64,000 nt of DNA from an uncultured Bordetella sp. (GTDB lineage: Bacteria; Pseudomonadota; Alphaproteobacteria; Micropepsales; Micropepsaceae). Under the pieces are notes generated by a model. That model ran no database searches, was not told the DNA's origin, and saw only the letters and a list, made by a program, of their open reading frames with translations. The stretch spans positions 27,876 to 91,875 of the forward strand of contig CAZBRO010000015.1 in NCBI GenBank assembly GCA_964494505.1, in the 5' to 3' direction. The translations under genes were made by a program, and so were the position numbers. Below, piece by piece: positions 37,902-45,091 of this stretch (its first letter is position 1; each line of letters begins with the position of its first letter).

Positions 37902-38780
37902 TTAGAAATCCGGCCTGTCCGCACGTGGGATCGGCGGCATGCCGATGTCGACCGGCGTGGCAGACGTTTCGGCGCAAACTTCCTCATAGAGATATGGGAG
38001 ATCGTTGCCCGATTCGTTGCCGGCATGCCGGTATTTCTGCAGCGCATGCCAGGGCTGGGTGAAGGCGCCCGGGTCGTCGACCGTGACCTCCACCTCAAGC
38101 GATTTCTTGTCGATCATATGGTAGCGCTCCACCACATGCATCTGCTCCGTATGTGGCGTATGGTAATTGTCGACGGTGGTCTTCGCGTTCATTCCGATCG
38201 TGTCCACGACCAGCGTGTCGCCGTTCTCATAATGGCCGACCGATTCGCCGAACCAGGACGGCTTCAGATTCTTGGAATGCTCCTGATTCAGGAACACGCG
38301 GCGCACCTGATGGTCGTTCTGCCAAACCAGCCAGACTTCCTTCGGCGTCTGCACGAAGAAGAAAGGCGTGATGCGGACCAGCAGCATGTTCGGAACGCCC
38401 GCGGGCCGGCATGAATTCGCGACCGTGTAGAGCGGTTTGCCGGACAACACCTGGTCGTTGACCTTTTTCAGCTCATCCTTCACCCACGGCATCAGCGCGG
38501 GATGACTGGTGTCCGACACGCGGAAGGTCTGCCGCTGCCCGTTGCCGCTTTCCATCACGTAGGGATTTTTCGGATCGGACCTGACGGGCCCGAGGCCGCT
38601 CTTGGGGGGGAAGAAGTCATTGCTCATCGTGACCCAGCCGCCGCCATCCATATAAAAATCGGGGACGGAGCCGGCGCTTTGGGCCGCGACGGTGGATGCC
38701 GCCCCGGTGAGAAGGAATCCGCTTGCAGCCAAGCATGAGGCGATGGCACAGAGCTTCTTCGCCGGCAAGGATTTGGGCAT
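37902..38780 (-). CDS. secreted PDF-tail family protein P5
   Basis: ATG 38780 with a GGGAGG RBS gives MPKSLPAKKLCAIASCLAASGFLLTGAAS..., then SVPDFYMDGGGW. Core: NSCRPAGVPNM, SWFGESVGHYENGDTLVVDTIG, YHTPHTEQMHVVERY, EVCAET. It ends MPPIPRADRPDF. Its stop codon is 1 nt from the stop of the convergent GT41 gene. Confidence 0.9.
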   Translation of the reverse strand: MPKSLPAKKLCAIASCLAASGFLLTGAASTVAAQSAGSVPDFYMDGGGWVTMSNDFFPPKSGLGPVRSDPKNPYVMESGNGQRQTFRVSDTSHPALMPWVKDELKKVNDQVLSGKPLYTVANSCRPAGVPNMLLVRITPFFFVQTPKEVWLVWQNDHQVRRVFLNQEHSKNLKPSWFGESVGHYENGDTLVVDTIGMNAKTTVDNYHTPHTEQMHVVERYHMIDKKSLEVEVTVDDPGAFTQPWHALQKYRHAGNESGNDLPYLYEEVCAETSATPVDIGMPPIPRADRPDF

Positions 38781-38916
38781 ATGACCTCCCCTTCGTTCCA
38801 ATGGCTCACGGCTGTTCCGGTCCGATGGCCGGCCGCCGATTGGGGATAGCATAATCCGGCGATCGCGCTCGAACAACGTCGCCAAGCCGGCGCGGGGGAC
38901 CAAGGATCGAAGAGGC

Positions 38917-39816
38917 TTAGAAGTCCGGCATGTCCGCCCGCGGGACAGGGGGCATGCCGATATTGACCGGTGTCTGCGCAGTCTCGGCGCACACCTCTTC
39001 GGACAAAAACGGTTCGGCGTCGCCGGCCAATTCGCCGAGCTCCGGAGTGCGGCGCGACTTGAAGTCCACGCGGCCGTATTTCTGCAAAGCATGCATGGGC
39101 TGCGTAAAGGCGCCGGGGTCCTCCACCGTGACCTCCACTTCCATCGCATTGCCGAGCTTATGGAAGCGCTCGATCACATGCAGCTTGTCGGTATGGGGCG
39201 TATGGTAGTTGTCGATGGTCGTCTTGTCGTTCAAACCGATCGTATCGACGACCAACGTATCGCCATTTTCATAGTGACCGACGGATTCGCCAAACCAGGT
39301 TGGCTTCAGATTCTTGGAATGCTCCCGATCCAGGAACACGCGCCGCACCATGTGGTCGTTTTGCCAGATCAGCCACACTTCTTTCGGCGTTTGGAGGAAA
39401 AAGAAAGGCGTCAAGCGCACGAGCAGCATATTGGGCACACCGGCGGGCCGGCACGAATTGGCCACCGTGTAGAGCGGCTTGCCAGTCATGACCACATCGT
39501 TTTGTTTTTTCAGCACGTCCTTGACCCATGGCATCAGGGCCGGATTGTTCACGTCCGCGACCCGGAAGGTCTGCACCCGGCCCGCGCCGGTTTCCATCAC
39601 GTAGGGATGGGACGCATCGGCCCCCACCGTCGCAAGTCCGCTGTGCGGCGGAAAGAAATCATTGCTCCGCGTAATCCAGCCGACGCCGTTCTCGTAAAAA
39701 TCCGGGATGGAACTGTCCGGCTTGGCGGCGCCTTGCGCCAGCACGACTCCGGTGCTTGCAATCGAGGCAAGCAGGGCCCCCGCAACCAGGCACGAAACGC
39801 GGGCGCGAACCTTCAT
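38917..39816 (-). CDS. secreted PDF-tail family protein P6
   Basis: ATG 39816 gives MKVRARVSCLVAGALLASIASTGVVLAQG, then SIPDFYENGVGW. The core is the same as in P5. It ends MPPVPRADMPDF. Confidence 0.9.
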   Translation of the reverse strand: MKVRARVSCLVAGALLASIASTGVVLAQGAAKPDSSIPDFYENGVGWITRSNDFFPPHSGLATVGADASHPYVMETGAGRVQTFRVADVNNPALMPWVKDVLKKQNDVVMTGKPLYTVANSCRPAGVPNMLLVRLTPFFFLQTPKEVWLIWQNDHMVRRVFLDREHSKNLKPTWFGESVGHYENGDTLVVDTIGLNDKTTIDNYHTPHTDKLHVIERFHKLGNAMEVEVTVEDPGAFTQPMHALQKYGRVDFKSRRTPELGELAGDAEPFLSEEVCAETAQTPVNIGMPPVPRADMPDF

Positions 39817-40316
39817 TTTCGACACGGATTCAAGCACCGGAAGACCCCTCTTGTTTTCATCATTTTGCGGAATCCTAACGCAGATATGACGGGCGGGCAA
39901 CGACGGCGGCCGATTCGTGCTCATTCGCCCCCCCGATCTTGTACAATAGAGCAGAAGCGACCCCGACCTAACCGATGCTTCACAACCGAGGAGCCGGAAC
40001 CTTTGTTTCGAGTTCTGCAAAGTGGCCATGAGCGACCACGATGGCTGGCGCGATTTTGAATATCGTGGGCGCGTGAAGAATTATCCTGCAATCGATGTCG
40101 CATCAGACGTGCCCACATGGTCAGGCGACGCGGCGGCATCAGAGCCCGTGGTATCCTTCTGCCCGGCTGTTCCCGCAACCGGCCCGCGGGGACTGGAGCG
40201 CCGTGCTCCACGAAATATCATCGGACCTGAAGGCGCTTCTCGCGAGGCCGCACCGGGGAAGCCCTGACGATCAGTTCACGCTTCTCTCGAACGTCTCTCC
40301 TCTTGCGAGGCTCGCT

Positions 40317-40643
40317 CTACTTCTTGTCGCCTGCAGGACCGCCATTCCCGATATGTTCGGTGAGATACTTGGTCACGGCGTCGACTTCCTCAGGGAACAG
40401 CTGAGCGCCGTTGGAAACCATCTGCTCAACGGTCTTGCGCCATTCTGCGGGTGTCTTGCGCGCATTTAGGATGCGATCCGAGGAATGACAGGCCCCGGCA
40501 CAGTTCTCGATCACCAATTGACGGCCCTCGCCATCCGGCAATTTGCTCGCCAGCGGATCGGATTCCCTCGCCTGCGCGGCCTCCGCGAGACCAAGGCAAA
40601 AGACAAAAATGCCCGCCAAACGGCGGCCGGCACGATGACTCAT
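40317..40643 (-). CDS. small secreted cytochrome-c-like protein with a CxxxCH motif
   Basis: ATG 40643 with a GAGGAGGAG RBS. Signal peptide MSHRAGRRLAGIFVFCLGLAEAAQA. The mature roughly 83 aa contain ENCAGACHSSDRILNARKTPAEWRKTVEQMVSNGAQL. From memory this resembles the haem-binding domain seen in the quinohaemoprotein amine dehydrogenase alpha subunit (CxxCH ... R.T..W..T..RM). It lies 56 nt downstream of the ThDP gene on the same strand. Confidence 0.6.
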   Translation of the reverse strand: MSHRAGRRLAGIFVFCLGLAEAAQARESDPLASKLPDGEGRQLVIENCAGACHSSDRILNARKTPAEWRKTVEQMVSNGAQLFPEEVDAVTKYLTEHIGNGGPAGDKK

Positions 40644-40699
40644 ATCCCAATTCTCCTCCTCACAACCGCCCAGCCGAAATTGCTGCGCCGTTCGATGGC

Positions 40700-42601
40700 T
40701 CATACCTGCTTCGTGCGCCTCTCGGCCACCGAGTATTTCGGATACCACGTCGATTCGGCGAGCGGGCCGACACGTTCGGCCACCACGTCGAGCACGAAAG
40801 GCCGGCCGTCCTTCAACTCCCGCACGCCGCGCTTGAGCGCATCGGCAAGCTCGGCCGGCTTGGTCACGGTCGCCCCCTTGACGTCGAAGCCCTTGGCCAA
40901 TTGTTCGAAGCTGACATCGGGGTTGCCGAGATAGCTTCCCATGTCCTGCTGAGCCTCGCGCATTCTCGGCGCGTTGGGCATCACGCGCATGCGCGTATCG
41001 TTGAAGCTTCGGTTGTTGAAAACGATATACATCACGGGCGCCTCATGGCGTCTGGCTGCCCACAGCGCTTCGACTTGGCCCATCAGGAAAGCGCCGTCGC
41101 CGAGCAGGCAGACGACCTGACGATCGGGCTTGGCCATCTTGATGCCGACGGCGGCGCCAACCGACCATCCGAGCCCCGACCCGACCGTGCGACCGAACAG
41201 CTCCTTCTTGCCGCGGCCGAATTCGAACCACGGCAAGGTGCGCGGCATAGCCGAGTTGAACTCGTGTGTGATGATCGCATCCTGCTCGAGCACAAGGTTG
41301 GCTTCATATGCCACGCGCTCCCAGGCGATGGGCACGTCGTCGCGCCGCTTTGCAAGCACCTGCTCGCGGGCCGCCTGCACTCGTTTGTTGAAAGCGCCCG
41401 ATTCCTGGATGCGACCCTTCGCCGCCGCCTTCTGCGCGGGCGTCATCGATTGCCCCAATGCGTCGACGAGCATCTTGGTGGATTCTTTGAGATCGGCGAT
41501 CACCGCAAGGTCGGTGGGGTTGACGAGCGCCACGTCATTGGGCGCGGTGCGGAAATCGATGAGCTTCCACTCTCTTGGAATCGCCGGCCCGGCACCGCCC
41601 TGATAGAAATTGTGCGCGCCCATGTTCAACATCAGATCGGCGTCGCGCAGCGGCCGAAGACCTGCAACCGCCCTATCTGTCTGGCCGATATAGAGCGGGT
41701 GTCCGGTCGGGAAATCCGTATACGGGCTGATGCCCTGCACGACCTGAAGACCCGCGAGTTCGGCAAGCTTCACCACGTCGTCATAGGCATCCGAGCGCCA
41801 CACTTCGTGGCCCACGGTCATGAACGGCTTCTTGGCCTCCAGCAGCATTTTCGCTGTCTGCTCCACCAGCCGCGCTTCGGGCTTCGTGCGAATCGGAAGG
41901 GTAAAATATTCCTTCGGGATAATTTCGGCCCTGGCGACGGCGCCACCATTCGGAATCGCCATGTAGCAGGGGCCGCCAGGCGGCGTCATCGATATCCGGA
42001 TTGCGTTGCGCAGGATTTCCGGGATACGGCGGGGGGCCGGGACCTCGAAACTCCAGCGCGTGAATTGTTTGGTGATCTCGACAATGTCGTCTACCGATTC
42101 GAAGCCGTCATGCCCCAGATCATCCTGCCCCGTCGTGAAGGATGACACGACCAGCGGGACGCCATCCTTCTTGGCATTGAACATGTTCAGCATCTGGTGC
42201 GCGGTGCCAACATCGCCATGGATGTTGACGAAGGTCGGATCGTTGCTCGCAAGCGCATAGCCGGACGCGATCGCGGTCACGATGTTTTCTTCGGTCGCCA
42301 GGATCAGATGGATGTCGTTGTCCCCCACCATGGCATCGAGCATCGGCCCCGAACCCGTGCCGTTGCCGTAGAAGACGTGCTTGACGCCGGCTGCCTTGAG
42401 CTGCTGCACCAGAAGATAGCCGCCGGTGCCTTCCACGGTGCGGAATCGCCCAGTCGGCATTTCCGCGGCTTCGACCATCGGCGCCAAAGCCGCCAAAACG
42501 GATTCGGCCGCTGCGACCGTGAAGCCGGCCGTGGCCATTCCTTTCAGGAAGCCACGACGATCGAGGTTCCTTGAAATATAGGCGTGCACCAAGTCTCGCA
42601 T
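40700..42601 (-). CDS. thiamine-diphosphate-dependent enzyme (acetolactate synthase / pyruvate oxidase superfamily) with a twin-arginine export signal
   Basis: 633 aa. The N-terminus SRNLDRRGFLKGMATAGFTVAAAESVLAALAP matches the Tat consensus (S/T)RRxFLK. It is followed by the three-domain ThDP architecture, including the ThDP motif LLGDGAFLMGQVEALWAARRHEAPVMYIVFNN (GDG...NN). Confidence 0.9.
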   Translation of the reverse strand: MRDLVHAYISRNLDRRGFLKGMATAGFTVAAAESVLAALAPMVEAAEMPTGRFRTVEGTGGYLLVQQLKAAGVKHVFYGNGTGSGPMLDAMVGDNDIHLILATEENIVTAIASGYALASNDPTFVNIHGDVGTAHQMLNMFNAKKDGVPLVVSSFTTGQDDLGHDGFESVDDIVEITKQFTRWSFEVPAPRRIPEILRNAIRISMTPPGGPCYMAIPNGGAVARAEIIPKEYFTLPIRTKPEARLVEQTAKMLLEAKKPFMTVGHEVWRSDAYDDVVKLAELAGLQVVQGISPYTDFPTGHPLYIGQTDRAVAGLRPLRDADLMLNMGAHNFYQGGAGPAIPREWKLIDFRTAPNDVALVNPTDLAVIADLKESTKMLVDALGQSMTPAQKAAAKGRIQESGAFNKRVQAAREQVLAKRRDDVPIAWERVAYEANLVLEQDAIITHEFNSAMPRTLPWFEFGRGKKELFGRTVGSGLGWSVGAAVGIKMAKPDRQVVCLLGDGAFLMGQVEALWAARRHEAPVMYIVFNNRSFNDTRMRVMPNAPRMREAQQDMGSYLGNPDVSFEQLAKGFDVKGATVTKPAELADALKRGVRELKDGRPFVLDVVAERVGPLAESTWYPKYSVAERRTKQV

Positions 42602-42832
42602 GCGACCCTCCCCAGCTCCGTTTTGTCTCCGGCAGAATTACCCACCGCAGGGCCCTTCGGCACGTCGGCGCGACGCAAAACTGACATTCACAGCAGGCTG
42701 AAATCGCGGCGCGCGAACGAAAAAAGAAACGAACCGACCAAGAGCGATTTATTCCTGAAAATATGCGCGCAACCGGGCATTTGGGTCAAGGCAAGTACTG
42801 GAACGCCGGCGAATTCTGAGCCACAAATTCCT

Positions 42833-44035
42833 ATGACCTCAGAAGATCTCTTGCTGGAAGCGCAACATCTTGCCCGGCGTGGGCAGGTGCCGGCAGCAGC
42901 CGAAATATACCACCGCATCCTGCGTACAAATCCGCGGCACTTCGAGGCCCTGTCCGCACTCGGCGCCATCTATTTCCGCCATGGACAGTTCGACCGGGCG
43001 CAATATCTCCTTGCCGAAGCGTCGAAAATCGACCCGCTGTTTACTGACGGCCTCTGCCTGCGCGGCATCGCTCTGTTGCAGATGAACCGTCATAGTGAGG
43101 CGCTCGCTTGCTTCGACCGCGCGTTGGCCGTCCGGCCCGATTTCGTCGAAGCGCTGTGCAATCGCGGCATCGCACTCCAGGAGATGCAGCGATATGACGA
43201 GGCGCTTGCAACCTTCGACACTGCGGTGGCGATTCAACCCCGGCACGCGCTAAGCTGGAATAACCGCGGCAGCACGCTCGCTGCGATGCAGCGAAACGCC
43301 GAGGCGCTGGAAGACTTCGAGCGGGCGTTGGAGATCGATCCCGATCTGAAGGAAGCAAGGGAGAACCGCGAGCAAGTCTCCTTCAAGCTGGGCCGTACCA
43401 GCCGTGCTCCGGCGGTCTACCTGCAACATCTGTTCGATCGGTTTTCCACCTTTTACGACGACAACATGCTGAAGACGCTCGGTTATGTCGGCCACACGCA
43501 TTTGCGCAAGCTGGCCGAGCGCGTCGTTCCCGGGATCGCCCCGCCATTGCGGATTCTCGACCTCGGCACCGGCACAGGATTGGTCGGCGAAGCCTTCAAG
43601 GACCTTGCTGCCGGCGGATGCCTCGATGGCATCGATCTTGCCCCGCTGATGATCGAAAAGGCCCGGGAACGCGGCGTTTACAACGATCTGATCCTGGGCG
43701 ATCTGGAAGTGGTGCTGATGCGTGACGGTCCTTCCTATGATCTCATCCTGTCCGCGGACACGATGATTTACATCGGGGATCTCGCACCCACGCTGACCGG
43801 TGTCGCACGACGCCTGAGGCCCGGGGGATTCTACTTCTTCATGGTGGAAAGCGGGGACGGCGAGAGCTGGGAATTCACCGCGAATTCCCGGTACCGCCAC
43901 GGCCCCGATTACTTGCGCGCCGCTGCCGCGCGCGCGGGCCTTGAATTTGTCGACATCATGGATTGCACGCTGCGCACGGAATTGTCGGTCCCGGTGCCCG
44001 GATTCGGGGTGGCGCTGTCAAAGCCCGTCGCCTGA
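42833..44035 (+). CDS. TPR-repeat protein fused to a class I SAM-dependent methyltransferase domain
   Basis: Start at ATG 42833. About 6 TPRs of the same subtype as the GT41 proteins (FEALSALG, FVEALCNRG, ALSWNNRG). Then SAM motif I ILDLGTGTGLVGE, and LILSADTMIYIGDL and LRPGGFYFF. Confidence 0.85.
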   Translation: MTSEDLLLEAQHLARRGQVPAAAEIYHRILRTNPRHFEALSALGAIYFRHGQFDRAQYLLAEASKIDPLFTDGLCLRGIALLQMNRHSEALACFDRALAVRPDFVEALCNRGIALQEMQRYDEALATFDTAVAIQPRHALSWNNRGSTLAAMQRNAEALEDFERALEIDPDLKEARENREQVSFKLGRTSRAPAVYLQHLFDRFSTFYDDNMLKTLGYVGHTHLRKLAERVVPGIAPPLRILDLGTGTGLVGEAFKDLAAGGCLDGIDLAPLMIEKARERGVYNDLILGDLEVVLMRDGPSYDLILSADTMIYIGDLAPTLTGVARRLRPGGFYFFMVESGDGESWEFTANSRYRHGPDYLRAAAARAGLEFVDIMDCTLRTELSVPVPGFGVALSKPVA

Positions 44036-44038
44036 GAT

Positions 44039-44938
44039 TCAGAAATCCGGCTTGTCCGCCCGCGGAACAGGCGGCATGCCGATGTCCACCGGTTGAACGG
44101 CTGTCTCCGCGCAAATCTCCTCCGACAAGAAGGGCTCCGCATCGGCCGCTATGTTGCCGAGTTCCGGCGTACGGCGGGATTTGAAATCGACCCGGCCGTA
44201 TTTCTGCAATGCATGCCAGGGCTGGGTGAACGCGCCCGGATCCTCGATCGTGACTTCCACCTCCAGTGTGGTACCAATCCGGTGGAAGCGCTCCACCACA
44301 TGCAGCTTTTCCGTATGCGGCGTGTGGTAATTGTCGACCGTCGTCTGTGCGTTCATCCCGATCGTGTCCACAACCAGCGTATCGCCATTCTCGTAATGGC
44401 CGACGGATTCGCCGAACCAGGACGGCTTCAGGTTCTTGGAGTGCTCCTGATTCAGGAACACGCGGCGTACCATGTGATCGTTCTGCCAGATCAGCCAGAC
44501 CTCTTTCGGCGTCTGGACGAAAAAGAACGGCGTCGCGCGCACCAGCAACATGTTCGGGACGCCGGCCGGGCGGCAGGAATTGGCAACCGAGTAGAGCGGC
44601 TTTCCCGACATAACCTGGTCATTGATAGTCTTCAGCGCATCTCTGACCCACGGCATGAGGGCGGGATGGCTCAGATCCGCGACCCGGAATGTCCCGCCGC
44701 CGGGCGCGCCATTCGGCCTGTAAGGATGGGCGGGATCGTCTTTGACGGGACCAAGCCCGCTTTTGGGCGGCAGGAAGTCGTTGCTCCGGGTGATCCATCC
44801 AATCCCATTCTCGTAAAAATCGGGAATGGAGGCATTCGGATTGCCGCTGTCGGCCGCCATCGTGATGCTTATGCAGGCGACCGAGGCAAGAAGGCCGCCC
44901 GCAACGAGAGACCGTATGCTGGAGACGGATCGAAACAT
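44039..44938 (-). CDS. secreted PDF-tail family protein P7
   Basis: Signal peptide MFRSVSSIRSLVAGGLLASVACISITMA, then SIPDFYENGIGW. The core is as in P5 and P6. It ends MPPVPRADKPDF. Its stop is 3 nt from the stop of the convergent TPR-methyltransferase gene, and the gene lies 153 nt downstream of TBDR2 on the same strand. Confidence 0.9.
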   Translation of the reverse strand: MFRSVSSIRSLVAGGLLASVACISITMAADSGNPNASIPDFYENGIGWITRSNDFLPPKSGLGPVKDDPAHPYRPNGAPGGGTFRVADLSHPALMPWVRDALKTINDQVMSGKPLYSVANSCRPAGVPNMLLVRATPFFFVQTPKEVWLIWQNDHMVRRVFLNQEHSKNLKPSWFGESVGHYENGDTLVVDTIGMNAQTTVDNYHTPHTEKLHVVERFHRIGTTLEVEVTIEDPGAFTQPWHALQKYGRVDFKSRRTPELGNIAADAEPFLSEEICAETAVQPVDIGMPPVPRADKPDF

Positions 44939-45004
44939 TGCAGCCTTCCCCTTTATCCTTGGTAGGCTCCGCCAAAAAAGTGGCGAAAGTGTACCGGAAA
45001 GCCT

Positions 45005-45031
45005 CCGAACCGTTGGGTAGGTACGGTTCGG
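45005..45031 (-). terminator. perfect 9-bp stem / 9-nt loop hairpin between TBDR2 and P7 (attenuator, processing site or weak terminator)
   Basis: ccgaaccgt (45005-45013), loop tgggtaggt, acggttcgg (45023-45031). No U-run follows directly on the minus-strand transcript. A second small hairpin, cgcca-cttttt-tggcg, follows about 25 nt later. Confidence 0.35.
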
Positions 45032-45091
45032 GACCGGCCAGGAAAGGGCTGCGATCTTCTTTCGAGCGCAACCCCTTCCGTTCCGTCTCTG

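Noticed and set aside
40022-40267. 81-aa ORF (MAMSDHDGWRDFEYRG...) in the 500-bp gap between P6 and the cytochrome-like gene
   Set aside because: There is no RBS, no motif and no hydrophobic or structural pattern. It is more likely promoter/leader DNA of P6, and it cannot be supported from sequence alone.
40451-42145. 564-aa plus-strand ORF
   Set aside because: It is antisense to the ThDP enzyme gene, which has clear family motifs and an RBS. The antisense product is His/Arg/Gly-rich with no recognisable domain.
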